A DNA stretch of 64,000 bases from Geopsychrobacteraceae bacterium (GCA_963676795.2 CAXXTB010000002.1:704001-768000), one strand, 5' to 3'. Positions 48,438 to 59,810 are shown, counted from the stretch's first letter. Numbers and translations: made by a program. Notes: generated by a model from the letters alone, not told the origin.

Positions 48438-48955
48438 TCCGCGTCATTCGCCTCACGGCAGATAATTACCCGCACCACGAGACGCAGATCATGGGCTCTG
48501 AGGAGCTGTTTCCCGAGGATATCCGTGAAACGACAGAGGCCTATCTGGATGCCCTGAACCGTGACAGGGTGCAGGCCTTTGTTTCCTTTTGCGGCCATGA
48601 ATACGCCGGTAACGTCGTCGGTTTTCCGCTCTGTTCTGAACAGAGCCGGATTCTGCGTTTTGATGAGATCGATGTCTGTCACGAGGGGCTGATCTATCTC
48701 TTCAATATCGTGGCCATGCCCGCTTTCAGCGGGATCGGCGCCGGCAAGAGTTTGCTGCATCAGTTTCTCACCAGTGCCTGGGAGGCCGGATTTGACCGGG
48801 CCGGCGGGCATTTTCGCGGCAACGGTTCCTTGAGCAATTTTCTCAAGATTGGCGGTCAGGTTCTCGGCACTTTCGACGACTGGTTCGAAACCGGCGAGAC
48901 CTACTCCTACTGTGAAATCGACCTGGCAAGAACCGTGGCGAAATGTGGTTTGTAG
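48434..48955 (+). CDS. GNAT-family acetyltransferase-like protein
   Basis: Motif A-like YLFNIVAMPAFSGIGAGKSLL; ATGA overlap with the SET gene. Confidence 0.75.
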   Translation: MIRVIRLTADNYPHHETQIMGSEELFPEDIRETTEAYLDALNRDRVQAFVSFCGHEYAGNVVGFPLCSEQSRILRFDEIDVCHEGLIYLFNIVAMPAFSGIGAGKSLLHQFLTSAWEAGFDRAGGHFRGNGSLSNFLKIGGQVLGTFDDWFETGETYSYCEIDLARTVAKCGL

Positions 48956-49064
48956 CTGGCCGGACCTCAGAAAAAACTTGCCTGGCAGGGCGAAAAGTGC
49001 TAAACAACCTTTTCGCAAAATACTATCAAGCCTGTACAAAGCCAGGCGCTAGGGAGATGACATA

Positions 49065-49268
49065 ATGAAAGAAGGAATCCATCCGTCATATCATGACATT
49101 ACCGTTCGTTGTGACTGCGGTAACACCTTTGAGACTCGTTCGACTCTGACCGAAGAGATCCATACTGAAATTTGCTCCGCTTGCCACCCATTCTACACCG
49201 GCAAGCAGAAACTGATCGATACCGCCGGTCGTATCGAGCGTTTCCGCAAAAAGTACGCCCAGAAGTAA
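49065..49268 (+). CDS. rpmE: 50S ribosomal protein L31 (Zn-binding type)
   Basis: [24 protein letters not shown]. Confidence 0.98.
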   Translation: MKEGIHPSYHDITVRCDCGNTFETRSTLTEEIHTEICSACHPFYTGKQKLIDTAGRIERFRKKYAQK

Positions 49269-49286
49269 TCGGGTAGACAGGATTCG

Positions 49287-49313
49287 AGGCGGCCCGTTGG
49301 GGCCGCCTTTTTT
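49287..49313 (+). terminator. intrinsic terminator after rpmE
   Basis: AGGCGGCCC-gttg-GGGCCGCCT-T5. Confidence 0.75.
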
Positions 49314-49367
49314 GTTTCAGCCGGTTTTCCCGGCTTCACGTTTTCTGCCCTCTGTTGAAAGAGACCT

Positions 49368-50435
<1,068 letters not shown>

Positions 50436-50439
50436 TCTT

Positions 50440-51294
50440 TTGGCGGAGAGCTGGACAGTCCTGAAAATGCTGAGCTGGATGACAGATTTCTTCGGCGAAA
50501 AAGGGATCGACAATCCACGCCTCGATGCCCAGTTGATGCTGGCTCAGTTGCTCGGTCTCGACCGGATCGGGCTTTACATGCAGCATGATCGTCCTCTCGA
50601 TGCGGCGGAGCTCGACCGCTTGCGTCCGCTGGTCAGGCGCCGGGGGCAACGCGAGCCGCTGCAGTACCTGCTCGGTGAGGCCGAATTCTGGTCGCTCCCC
50701 TTCAAGGTTTCTCCGGCGGTGCTGATCCCGCGCGCTGATACGGAAATCCTCGTCGAAGAGGCTCTCAAACAGGCTGGAGAGCGTGCCGGACAGGGATCAG
50801 TGATCGATGTCGGCACCGGCAGCGGCGCCATTGCCGTCAGCCTGGCCAGCGAACTGGCCGAATGGCGGGTGACGGCCTTCGATATCTCGGGTGATGCCCT
50901 CGCGATTGCCAAAGCCAACGCCGAACTCAATCATTTGTCACAAAGAATCGATTTCTGTCAGGGAACTCTTGCCGAATTGCCTGCGGAAAAGTATGATCTG
51001 ATCGTTTCCAATCCCCCGTATATCGACGCCGATGAATGGACCGGGCTGATGCCTGAAGTCCGGGATCATGAGCCGAAGCTGGCACTGGTCGCTGCCAACA
51101 ATGGCCTTGAGTGCTATCAGTTGCTGGCAGGCCAGGCCGCCCGCTGTCTTAACCCCGGGGGCTGGCTGCTGGTGGAGATCGGGTATCAGCAGGGGGATGC
51201 GGTCATGCAGCTGTTTGCAGCTGTCGGCCTTAAGAATGTCTACCTGCGTCAGGATTATGCCGGGCAGCCGCGGGTTGTCGGCGGACAATTGTAA
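50440..51294 (+). CDS. prmC: release factor glutamine methyltransferase
   Basis: EPLQY, LIPRADTE, DVGTGSG, SNPPY. Confidence 0.96.
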   Translation: MAESWTVLKMLSWMTDFFGEKGIDNPRLDAQLMLAQLLGLDRIGLYMQHDRPLDAAELDRLRPLVRRRGQREPLQYLLGEAEFWSLPFKVSPAVLIPRADTEILVEEALKQAGERAGQGSVIDVGTGSGAIAVSLASELAEWRVTAFDISGDALAIAKANAELNHLSQRIDFCQGTLAELPAEKYDLIVSNPPYIDADEWTGLMPEVRDHEPKLALVAANNGLECYQLLAGQAARCLNPGGWLLVEIGYQQGDAVMQLFAAVGLKNVYLRQDYAGQPRVVGGQL

Positions 51295-51359
51295 AGTGAT
51301 TTCGGCATCCCGTTCCGAGATGTCTGAAGCGTTTTTAAAAAGCTAAAGAGGGCTTTGAA

Positions 51360-52613
51360 TTGGATAAGATCGTCATTAAAGGGGGGCAGCGTCTGAACGG
51401 AGAGGTTCAGGTCAGCGGATCAAAGAACTCGGCATTGCCGCTGCTCTTTGCGACCCTGCTTGCTCCCGGGACTCATCAGATCAGCAATGTGCCTTTTCTG
51501 CGCGATATCAATACCGCAGTCAAGGTCCTTCACGAGCTCGGGGCTGTTGTGGTCCAGGGGCGCGAATATATGACCATCGATGCGACCCGGATCGAAAGTG
51601 TCCAGGCTTCTTACGACCTGGTCAAGACGATGCGTGCCTCGGTGCTGGCGCTGGGGCCGCTGTTGGCCCGTTTCGGTCATGCCCGGGTCAGTCTGCCGGG
51701 CGGCTGTGCCATCGGTGCCAGGCCGATTGATCAGCACCTTAAAGGGCTCGAGGTGCTGGGCGCGAAGATCACTCTCGATCACGGCTACGTCGAGGCGACC
51801 GCCGAGCGGCTGCGTGGCGGGACGATCACCTTCGACATGCCGACCGTCGGTGGTACCGAAAACCTGCTGATGGCTGCGGCCCTCGCCGAAGGGGAGACGC
51901 TGATCGAAAACGCGGCCCGCGAGCCGGAGATCGTTCAGTTGGCCGAGGCCCTGAATGCCATGGGCGCCAGGATTGAAGGGGCGGGAACTGCGATCATCCG
52001 CGTCAAGGGGGTCGAATCTCTGCGGCCGATGCAGTGCCGGGTCATTCCGGATCGCATCGAAGCCGGGACCTTCATGATTGCGGCAGCGATTACCGGTGGC
52101 AATGTCCTGGTCCGTGATGCTCTGGAAGACGATCTCGCCGCCCTGATCGGCAAGCTGAAAGAGGCCGGTGTCGGTGTCACGCCTGAAGCAGGCGGTCTGC
52201 GCGTCACGGGACCTGCGCAGATCGAACCGGTCGATATCCGCACCAGCGTCTTTCCCGGTTTCCCGACCGATATGCAGGCCCAGTTCATGGCTTTGATGAC
52301 CAGGGCCACGGGAACGAGTAAAATTTCGGAGACGGTTTTTGAAAACCGTTTCATGCATGTCTGTGAACTGCAGCGGATGGGCGCCAATATCCAGATCGAC
52401 GGCCACAGTGCCATTATCCGCGGCTGCGAAAGTCTGACCGGTGCGCCGGTTATGGCCACCGACCTGCGCGCCAGTGCATCCTTGATCCTGGCCGGGCTGG
52501 CGGCTGAAAATACCACGGAAGTCTCCCGTATCTACCACCTGGATCGGGGTTATGAAAATATTGAGCAGAAACTGGCAGCGTTGGGTGCGAATATCTGGCG
52601 CGAGCAGGAGTAA
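51360..52613 (+). CDS. murA: UDP-N-acetylglucosamine 1-carboxyvinyltransferase
   Basis: [36 protein letters not shown]. Confidence 0.98.
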   Translation: MDKIVIKGGQRLNGEVQVSGSKNSALPLLFATLLAPGTHQISNVPFLRDINTAVKVLHELGAVVVQGREYMTIDATRIESVQASYDLVKTMRASVLALGPLLARFGHARVSLPGGCAIGARPIDQHLKGLEVLGAKITLDHGYVEATAERLRGGTITFDMPTVGGTENLLMAAALAEGETLIENAAREPEIVQLAEALNAMGARIEGAGTAIIRVKGVESLRPMQCRVIPDRIEAGTFMIAAAITGGNVLVRDALEDDLAALIGKLKEAGVGVTPEAGGLRVTGPAQIEPVDIRTSVFPGFPTDMQAQFMALMTRATGTSKISETVFENRFMHVCELQRMGANIQIDGHSAIIRGCESLTGAPVMATDLRASASLILAGLAAENTTEVSRIYHLDRGYENIEQKLAALGANIWREQE

Positions 52614-52616
52614 AGC

Positions 52617-53279
52617 ATGAGTGACTGGATTACCTTCGCCCTGCCGAAAGGGCGGATCATGCAGGATTCGATGGAGCTGTTTAGCCAGATCGGGATTACC
52701 TGCCCTGAGATGAACGAGGAAAGCCGCAAGCTGGTTTTCGAAAACAAGGAGCAGAAGTTCCGCTTCATGGCGGTCCGCGCCACCGACGTGCCGACCTATG
52801 TCGAGTACGGCTGCGCCGACCTCGGGGTCGTCGGCAAGGACACCCTGATGGAACAGGGGAAGAACCTCTATGAGCCGCTCGATCTGAAGTTCGGTTACTG
52901 CCGCCTGGTGGTTGCCGAGCCGAAGGAGCTGAAAGAATCGGATAATCCGCTCAACTGGTCGAACATTCGTGTCGCCACCAAGTATCCCAACGTCACCGAA
53001 CGCTACTTCGCTTCAAAGGGGATTCAGGTTGAACTGATCAAGCTTTACGGTTCGATCGAGCTGGCTCCGCTGGTCGGTCTCTCGGAACGGATCGTCGACC
53101 TGGTCTCGACTGGTGGCACCTTGAAGGCCAACAATCTGGTCGAGGTCGAGACGATCGCCGAGATCACCAGCCGGCTGATTGTCAATCCGGCCAGCCTCAA
53201 GACCAAGCATCAGCGTATTAGTGCTATAATCGAAGGTCTGGAAAAAGTCATCGGTGACGAGGTCAGAATCTCATTGTAG
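52617..53279 (+). CDS. hisG: ATP phosphoribosyltransferase, short form (HisZ-dependent)
   Basis: ALPKGR, ATKYP, GSIELAP, DLVSTG; lacks the C-terminal regulatory domain. Confidence 0.96.
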   Translation: MSDWITFALPKGRIMQDSMELFSQIGITCPEMNEESRKLVFENKEQKFRFMAVRATDVPTYVEYGCADLGVVGKDTLMEQGKNLYEPLDLKFGYCRLVVAEPKELKESDNPLNWSNIRVATKYPNVTERYFASKGIQVELIKLYGSIELAPLVGLSERIVDLVSTGGTLKANNLVEVETIAEITSRLIVNPASLKTKHQRISAIIEGLEKVIGDEVRISL

Positions 53280-53293
53280 GACGGAGTAATAGC

Positions 53294-54592
53294 ATGATGC
53301 GTTTATTGAAATTCAGTGATGCCGATTTTGCCGAACAGTTCCGCCGCATTGAACAGCGCGCCGAAGAGGTTCCAGCCGGTATCGAGGACACCGTAAAAAC
53401 AATTATTGCCGATGTCCGCCAGCGTGGCGATGCGGCGGTCTTCGAGCTGACCGAGAAGTTCGACCGCCTGAAACTGGACAGCAGCAGTGTCGAGGTCTCG
53501 CAGGCCGAGATCGACGCGGCGCTGACCAAGGTCTCGGCCGAATCGCTGGCGGCTCTCAAGCTGGCCGCCGAGCGGATCGCCGCCTATCACGCCAAACAGA
53601 AGCAGGAAACCTGGCTGTCGACTGACGAAGAGGATGTCCTGGTCGGCCAGATGATCCGTCCGCTCGACCGGGTCGGCATCTATGTGCCGGGTGGCAAGGC
53701 GACCTATCCCTCATCGGTGCTGATGAACGCCGTACCGGCCAAGGTTGCCGGGGTCGGCGAGATCATCATGGTCGTGCCGATGCCGGGTGGCGAAGTCAAC
53801 CCCAACGTTCTGGCCGCGGCACGGATTGCCGGTGTCGACCGGATCTTCAAGATCGGCGGCGCCCAGGCCGTTGCTGCGCTGGCCTACGGGACCGCATCGG
53901 TGCCACGGGTCGACAAGATCACCGGGCCGGGCAACATCTATGTCGCCACCGCCAAGCAGCTGGTCTTCGGCCAGGTCGATATCGACATGATCGCCGGACC
54001 GAGCGAGATCCTGGTTATCAACGACGGCAGCGGCAATGCCGCGCACATCGCCGCCGACCTGCTTTCCCAGGCCGAGCATGACGAGCTGGCATCAGCCGTG
54101 CTCTGTACCTCCTGCGAGAAGATGGCCAAGGCCGTCCAGGAGCAGGTCGAGCTTCAGCTCGAGCAGCTGAGCCGCAAGGCGATCGCGCGCAAGTCGATCG
54201 ACGACTACAGCGCCATCATCCTCGCCGAGAGCCTCGACGAAGCGATCGAGTTCTCCAACCGCATCGCGCCGGAACACCTGGAGCTGGCGGTCGATAACCC
54301 GTTCGCGATCCTGAGTAAGATCCGTCATGCCGGGGCGATCTTCATGGGCCACCACACCCCTGAAGCGGCCGGTGATTACCTGGCAGGGCCGAACCACACC
54401 CTGCCGACCGGCGGCACCGCACGGTTCTTCTCGCCGCTCTCGCTCGACGATTTCGTCAAGAAGTCGAGCCTGATTTCCCTGTCACCTGCGGGTTTGAAGC
54501 GGCTGGGGAAAGACATTGTCCATATCGCCGAGCTTGAAGGGCTGGATGCTCACGCGAAGTCGGTTTCGATCCGTTTGCAGGACGAGGACTGA
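53294..54592 (+). CDS. hisD: histidinol dehydrogenase
   Basis: GIYVPGGKA, GPGNIYV, AGPSE, QAEHD, APEHL, GPNHTLPT. Confidence 0.98.
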   Translation: MMRLLKFSDADFAEQFRRIEQRAEEVPAGIEDTVKTIIADVRQRGDAAVFELTEKFDRLKLDSSSVEVSQAEIDAALTKVSAESLAALKLAAERIAAYHAKQKQETWLSTDEEDVLVGQMIRPLDRVGIYVPGGKATYPSSVLMNAVPAKVAGVGEIIMVVPMPGGEVNPNVLAAARIAGVDRIFKIGGAQAVAALAYGTASVPRVDKITGPGNIYVATAKQLVFGQVDIDMIAGPSEILVINDGSGNAAHIAADLLSQAEHDELASAVLCTSCEKMAKAVQEQVELQLEQLSRKAIARKSIDDYSAIILAESLDEAIEFSNRIAPEHLELAVDNPFAILSKIRHAGAIFMGHHTPEAAGDYLAGPNHTLPTGGTARFFSPLSLDDFVKKSSLISLSPAGLKRLGKDIVHIAELEGLDAHAKSVSIRLQDED

Positions 54593-54597
54593 TAGTT

Positions 54598-54777
54598 TTT
54601 AGGTTTACTCAGCGATCTCTGTGTCCTCTGTGGTTCAATGCTTCTAAAATCTTCACCACTGAGACACAGAGGGCACAGAGAAAGACAAGGATCACTTAGC
54701 TGTTGTCGATAAGCACGGTTTACCAGGTCAATAAAATTTTAAGGTTTACTCAGTGTACTCCGTGTCTCTGTGGTGAT
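54598..54777. repeat. CACAGAG/CTCTGTG palindromic REP-like repeat cluster
   Basis: CTCTGTGTCCTCTGTGG, CCACTGAGACACAGAGGGCACAGAG, CTCAGTGTACTCCGTGTCTCTGTGGTGA; AGGTTTACTCAG occurs twice. Confidence 0.7.
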
Positions 54778-54816
54778 TGTTTTTTCGGGTTTTAGGCATT
54801 TTAACAGGAGGCAATC

Positions 54817-55407
54817 ATGGCCCGTAGCGCCAAAGTTGCACGCGAGACCAAAGAGACCAACATCAGTATCGAGCTGAACCTCGACGGCAGCGGCGAACAT
54901 CAGATCGACAGTCCGGTGCCGTTTTTCAACCACATGCTCTCGGCGGTTGCACGGCACGGTTTCTTTGATCTTAATGTCAAGGCGACCGGCGATATCGAGA
55001 TCGACGCCCACCACACCGTAGAGGATATGGGGATCGTCCTCGGTGAGGTGGTCAAGAAGGCGCTCGGTGACAAGGCCGGTGTGCGTCGTTTCGGTCGTTC
55101 AACCATGCCGATGCATGAAGCCCTGGCTTCGGTGATCATCGACCTCTCTGGTCGGCCCTATCTGGTCTATAACGTCGATATGCCGAAGGTCAAAGTCGGT
55201 GAGTTCGATGTCGAGCTGGTCGAGGAGTTCTTTGTTGCCTTCTGTAACCACTCAGGTGCCAACATCCACGTCAACCTGGCTTACGGCGACAACCTGCATC
55301 ACATCATCGAGGCGATTTTCAAGGCCTTCGGCCGCGCTCTTGATGAGGCGACCAGTCTTGACCCGCGCATTGTTGGGGTGATGTCGACCAAGGGTTCCCT
55401 AGAGTAG
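54817..55407 (+). CDS. hisB: imidazoleglycerol-phosphate dehydratase
   Basis: [33 protein letters not shown]. Confidence 0.98.
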   Translation: MARSAKVARETKETNISIELNLDGSGEHQIDSPVPFFNHMLSAVARHGFFDLNVKATGDIEIDAHHTVEDMGIVLGEVVKKALGDKAGVRRFGRSTMPMHEALASVIIDLSGRPYLVYNVDMPKVKVGEFDVELVEEFFVAFCNHSGANIHVNLAYGDNLHHIIEAIFKAFGRALDEATSLDPRIVGVMSTKGSLE

Positions 55408-55552
55408 TTTCTGCCCGGAAACCGCCCTTTTCCGCAATCTCGGCGTCAGTCGGCGCATTTGGTTGTGCGGCGTAAAGCACTACGCCTCCGCCCAAATGCT
55501 TGACTTCCTTGACCTTGCGAAAAATTGCTGGTTTCCGAATCAGAAACTGGTT
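55406..55552 (-). repeat. palindromic intergenic repeat (GAGGCGTA..TACGCCG family), reverse copy
   Basis: Terminal inverted arms AGTTTCTG..CAGAAACT; central GGCGTA-loop-TACGCC. Confidence 0.65.
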
Positions 55553-55577
55553 TTTTGATAATGAGGGATCACCTCAG

Positions 55578-55699
55578 TAGACCGATCAAAAAGGGCCAGA
55601 TGCAAGGCTTGCGCAGTCCTGAGTTCTGAGGCGTAGCAGCGCTACGTCGAAGGATGAAGGGCAAGCGTAACGCAGCAGATGGTTCTTTTTCAGCGGTCG
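55578..55699 (+). repeat. palindromic intergenic repeat (same family), forward copy
   Basis: GACCG..CAGATGCAAGGC..GAGGCGTAGCAGCGCTACGTCG..AACGCAGCAGATGG..CGGTC. Confidence 0.65.
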
Positions 55700-55712
55700 G
55701 AGTAGATGGATA

Positions 55713-56336
55713 ATGATAAATATAATTGACTATGAAATGGGCAACCTGCGCAGCGTCGAGAAGGCTTTTCAAAGCCTTGGTTTCGCCGCGCGCGTCAGTA
55801 ACGACCCGAAAGATATCGCAACCGCCGACAAGATCGTCCTGCCCGGCGTCGGGGCCTTCAACGACTGCGTCACCAACCTGCGCAACGGCGGGTTCGTCGA
55901 GCCGCTGATGGAGCACCTCGATAAAGGCAAGCCGATGCTCGGGATCTGTGTCGGTATGCAGATGCTCTTCGACGAAGGCGAGGAGTTCGGCATTCATAAG
56001 GGCCTGGGGCTGATCCCGGGGCGCGTCGTGCGCTTTCCGGCCGGTATGGTTGAAAACGGTGAAAAGCTCAAGGTTCCGCACATGGGCTGGAACAACCTGG
56101 ATATCAGCAAACCGTCACCGATTTTCAAAGGGGTCGAATCAGGCAGTTTTGTCTACTTCGTTCACTCCTACTACTGCCAGGCGCAGAACCCGGAGGATAT
56201 CGCCGCCACCTGCACCTATGGCGATGTAACCTTCTGTGCTTCACTGTGGCGCGGCAATATCATGGCCACCCAGTTTCACCCGGAAAAGAGCCAGACCATC
56301 GGTCTGCAGATCTTCCGCAATTTTGGAGAGATGTAA
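55713..56336 (+). CDS. hisH: imidazole glycerol phosphate synthase glutaminase subunit
   Basis: GNLRSV, LPGVGAF, GICVGMQ, PHMGWN, QFHPEKS. Confidence 0.98.
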   Translation: MINIIDYEMGNLRSVEKAFQSLGFAARVSNDPKDIATADKIVLPGVGAFNDCVTNLRNGGFVEPLMEHLDKGKPMLGICVGMQMLFDEGEEFGIHKGLGLIPGRVVRFPAGMVENGEKLKVPHMGWNNLDISKPSPIFKGVESGSFVYFVHSYYCQAQNPEDIAATCTYGDVTFCASLWRGNIMATQFHPEKSQTIGLQIFRNFGEM

Positions 56337-57068
56337 GTGATTATTCTGCCCGCAATCGATTTGAAGGAAGGCCGCTGTGTTCGTCTGGAGCAGGGCTTGA
56401 TGGATAAAGATACAGTTTACAACGACGATCCGGCCGCCCAGGCGCTGATCTGGCAGGAGCAGGGGGGCGAGCTGCTCCACATCGTCGATCTCGATGGTGC
56501 CTTTGCCGGTGTGCCGAAGAACAAGGCTGCCATCGAAGCGATCGTCAAGGCGATCAGCATCCCGTCTGAACTGGGCGGCGGCGTGCGTGATATCGCCACC
56601 ATCGAAGCCTACCTCGAACTCGGCATCGACCGCGTGATCTTGGGCACCATCGCCAAGGAGAATCCGGCGCTGGTCGAAGAGGCGTGCAAGAAGTTTCCGG
56701 GCCATATCGTCGTCGGTATCGACGCCAAGGACGGCCTGGTGGCCGTGCGCGGCTGGGCCGATGTCACCGAGAAGCTGGCCAGCGAGATGGCCAAGGAGAT
56801 GGAAGGCTTCGGCGTCGAAGCGATCATCTACACCGACATCGCCCGCGACGGCATGATGCAGGGGCCGAACATCGCCGCGACCAAGGCACTAGCCGAAGCG
56901 ATCAACATTCCGGTCATTGCTTCCGGCGGCCTGTCCAGCATCCAGGACATCCGCAACCTGATGGCGATTGAAGCTTCCGGTGTCACCGGGGTCATCGCCG
57001 GCAAGTCGATCTACTCCGGTGCCATCGATCTGCGTGAAGCGGTGGCGCTGACCAAGGGAGCCCGCTGA
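56337..57068 (+). CDS. hisA: ProFAR isomerase
   Basis: [38 protein letters not shown]. Confidence 0.98.
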   Translation: MIILPAIDLKEGRCVRLEQGLMDKDTVYNDDPAAQALIWQEQGGELLHIVDLDGAFAGVPKNKAAIEAIVKAISIPSELGGGVRDIATIEAYLELGIDRVILGTIAKENPALVEEACKKFPGHIVVGIDAKDGLVAVRGWADVTEKLASEMAKEMEGFGVEAIIYTDIARDGMMQGPNIAATKALAEAINIPVIASGGLSSIQDIRNLMAIEASGVTGVIAGKSIYSGAIDLREAVALTKGAR

Positions 57069-57835
57069 TGCTGACCAAACGGATTATCCCCTGTCTCGAC
57101 GTCAAGGATGGCCGCGTCGTCAAAGGGGTCAACTTTGTCGAGCTGCGCGACGCCGGTGATCCGGTTGAAGCGGCCGAGGCCTACTGTGCGCAGGGTGCTG
57201 ATGAGCTGACCTTTCTTGATATCACCGCCAGCAGCGACAACCGCGGCATCATCCTCGATGTCGTGCGCAAGACCGCCGAGCGTGTCTTCATGCCGCTGAC
57301 CGTAGGTGGCGGGGTACGCGAGGTCGCCGATATCCGCAACCTGCTCAATGCCGGGGCCGACAAGGTTTCGATCAATACTGCTGCGGTGCATAACCCCGAG
57401 TTTGTCCGTGAGGCAGCCCAGCGCTTTGGCAGCCAGTGTATCGTTGTTGCCATCGATGCCCGCCGCGTTGAAGGCTCCAATCCGCAGGCCTGGGAGGTCT
57501 ACACCCACGGCGGCCGCAAGCCGACCGGCATCGACGCCATCGAATGGGCGAAGAAGATGGAAGACTACGGCTGTGGCGAGATCCTCTTGACCTCGATGGA
57601 CTGCGACGGCACCAAGGCCGGTTTCGATATCGAACTGACCCGCGCCGTCAGCGATGCCGTCGAGATTCCGGTCATCGCTTCGGGCGGTGTCGGCAATCTG
57701 GAGCATATCCGTGAAGGTCTGGTCGAAGGGGGCGCCAGCGCCGCCCTGGCCGCGTCGATCTTCCACTTCAAGGAATACACCATCGCTGAGTGCAAAGAGT
57801 ATCTCAAGCAGCATGGCGTACCAGCCCGTATTTAA
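57068..57835 (+). CDS. hisF: imidazole glycerol phosphate synthase cyclase subunit
   Basis: [36 protein letters not shown]. Confidence 0.98.
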   Translation: MLTKRIIPCLDVKDGRVVKGVNFVELRDAGDPVEAAEAYCAQGADELTFLDITASSDNRGIILDVVRKTAERVFMPLTVGGGVREVADIRNLLNAGADKVSINTAAVHNPEFVREAAQRFGSQCIVVAIDARRVEGSNPQAWEVYTHGGRKPTGIDAIEWAKKMEDYGCGEILLTSMDCDGTKAGFDIELTRAVSDAVEIPVIASGGVGNLEHIREGLVEGGASAALAASIFHFKEYTIAECKEYLKQHGVPARI

Positions 57836-57850
57836 GGAAGGGGAAACATC

Positions 57851-58192
57851 ATGAGTGAGAACAAGACCCCGGATCAGGATATCCTGAATGCGATCTACCA
57901 GATCGTCCTTGAGCGCAAGGCAATGGCCGATGGCGAGAAGTCTTACGTCAAGTCGTTGTTTGACAAGGGACTGGACAAGATCCTCGGCAAGATCGGCGAG
58001 GAAGCGACCGAAACGGCGATTGCCGGTAAGGGCGGCGATAAGCAGGAGGTCGTCTACGAGGTGGCTGATCTGTTCTTCCATGTGACGGTGCTGCTCGGCT
58101 ATTACGAGATTGAACCGGAGCAGATTTACGACGAACTGCGTCGGCGGTTTGGGTTGTCGGGGATTGATGAGAAGAATAGTCGGGGGAAATAG
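57851..58192 (+). CDS. hisE: phosphoribosyl-ATP diphosphatase
   Basis: SYVKSLF, KIGEEATE, EVADLFFH, ELRRR. Confidence 0.95.
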   Translation: MSENKTPDQDILNAIYQIVLERKAMADGEKSYVKSLFDKGLDKILGKIGEEATETAIAGKGGDKQEVVYEVADLFFHVTVLLGYYEIEPEQIYDELRRRFGLSGIDEKNSRGK

Positions 58193-58200
58193 ATATCTTG

Positions 58201-58242
58201 ATAGAGAAGCTGTTCCCTAATGGAAACAGCTTCTCTATTTTT
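58201..58242. terminator. terminator at the end of the his operon
   Basis: ATAGAGAAGCTGTT..AACAGCTTCTCTAT-TTT. Confidence 0.8.
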
Positions 58243-58254
58243 GTCTTAATAAGA

Positions 58255-58575
58255 TCAGAGACCTTTTAAACTGGCAGCGATAATTGCTGTTTTCCACTGA
58301 TATTTGCTAGTAGTTAAACAAGTTTCGTACATCGAGTCTTTATTTCTTGCTCTTCTCGCAAGATCTTTTAATTGTCTTTTGAAGTAGCCTTTGTCTATAA
58401 CCCCTGCCGGGCGAGGTACGTAATTCATTGCTTTTGAACATGATCTTGCTCCGTCCAGCATTTGTGCTGTGGCAGAAAGTGTTCCCTCGTTCATGTCCCA
58501 ACTAGAGGCCTCTTGACCAAATAGTTGGACTAGCAACGTTCTCAAGTCATCTTGTTCTTGTCTTGTTAAAGCCAT
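58255..58575 (-). CDS. hypothetical protein (106 aa)
   Basis: GGAGGG SD; AT-rich; 13 nt behind the lipoprotein gene. Confidence 0.75.
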   Translation of the reverse strand: MALTRQEQDDLRTLLVQLFGQEASSWDMNEGTLSATAQMLDGARSCSKAMNYVPRPAGVIDKGYFKRQLKDLARRARNKDSMYETCLTTSKYQWKTAIIAASLKGL

Positions 58576-58588
58576 TATCCCCTCCGTA

Positions 58589-59257
58589 TTAGTAATGATC
58601 TTTAGTTTTTATAGATCCAATAATTTTCTTGAAATCAGAAAAATTCATATCCTGAGCAAAAATTCTCATATAGCTGTCGCGTCTTTTAGAATCAAAAACC
58701 CATGCAAAGTAGCCACCTTCAGGCCCTGGTGCTTTACTTTCCCAAAAATATATTTTTAAATTTTCTTTTTTCGCCAATAAAATTGAATTTTTTCCATTGA
58801 AAATTTCTCCCTTTAAAAACATCGCTCTTTCCCAAAACCACAAATCCGATTTATTTCTTGGTCTGTTTGATTTAATGGTTTCTTCAAAAATAATTTCATA
58901 TGAATCAGCAATGGAATAGTCTGCGTTTTTAGGGTATTTAATGTTTTCTTCGACCAGTGTTTTTGAAAACGTAAATGAAATAAACTTATTATTTTCGAAT
59001 GTTAAGGAAAGATCACCATCCCAGTGATGGATCATATTTCTAGGATTACTTGGTAACTCAATTTCGAACCGTTCAATGCGTATCGGATGGTTATTTGTGG
59101 TGCCTGTTTCTGGCCATGAAACTAAAGCTGCTTTTTGGGAGCAACCGAGACCTTCACATTCAGGGTAAGTTGTCAGTTTCGTATTTGAGGCACAGCCAGA
59201 AAGTGTAGCGAAGAAAAGCAGGAAAACAATCACGTAAAACTTATTAAAGTCAACCAT
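58589..59257 (-). CDS. lipoprotein of unknown function
   Basis: Lipobox LSGC; AGGAG SD; TTGACT-N16-TATACT promoter at 59290-59317. Confidence 0.8.
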   Translation of the reverse strand: MVDFNKFYVIVFLLFFATLSGCASNTKLTTYPECEGLGCSQKAALVSWPETGTTNNHPIRIERFEIELPSNPRNMIHHWDGDLSLTFENNKFISFTFSKTLVEENIKYPKNADYSIADSYEIIFEETIKSNRPRNKSDLWFWERAMFLKGEIFNGKNSILLAKKENLKIYFWESKAPGPEGGYFAWVFDSKRRDSYMRIFAQDMNFSDFKKIIGSIKTKDHY

Positions 59258-59359
59258 ATTAGACTCCTATTTGTTTTTAATGAAGACTAAGTATAGAGGG
59301 AACAAACACCTAGTCAAGTTTTTTCAGGAAAAACTAGCGCCATTCGGGACACTCCCCAG

Positions 59360-59548
59360 TGATGTGGTTCAATGATTTCGGACACCAAAGTGCGTGCTAT
59401 ACTCCGGCACAAAAGAGAGGTGTTTATGAGTCGCAGAGGAAAATCGTTCAGTCCAGAATTTAAACTCGAGGCTGCTGGTCTTGTTGTCGAACAGAGCTAT
59501 TCCATCAAGGAAGCCTGTGAAGCGATGAATGTCAGCGAAACGGCTATG
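59360..59548 (+). mobile_element. IS3-family remnant (left end plus truncated orfA)
   Basis: TG-starting end TGATGTGG..TTTCGGACACC; orfA-like MSRRGKSFSPEFKLEAAGLVVEQSYSIKEACEAMNVS cut off by a repeat. Confidence 0.75.
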
Positions 59549-59770
59549 TGCAATGCCACAAAACCGTGGGGTTTCGGCCCCACCGCCGCCTTACTCTTTT
59601 ATCGCGCCATAAAAGAGTAAGCAGAAAAAGGCGCCCAGCTCCTTGCCCTTCGGGTTCCCTCCATTCCGTCGAATTTTGCAGCGCAGAAAAAAACTCGCCT
59701 TGCGGCTCAGACAGTTTTTCTGCTTTAAGCTGCAAAATTCAACTGCATTCCGGCTGTGTCACATGGGGAC
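59549..59770 (+). repeat. structured repeat, subtype 2
   Basis: Nearly identical to 61100-61321. Confidence 0.9.
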
Positions 59771-59810
59771 TTCTTTCCTATTCAATGTCTACTGTATTTT
59801 CCGTTTTAGC

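Noticed and set aside
52617..58192. Missing hisC, hisI and hisZ as evidence of a broken pathway
   Set aside because: Split his clusters are common; these genes are probably elsewhere in the genome.
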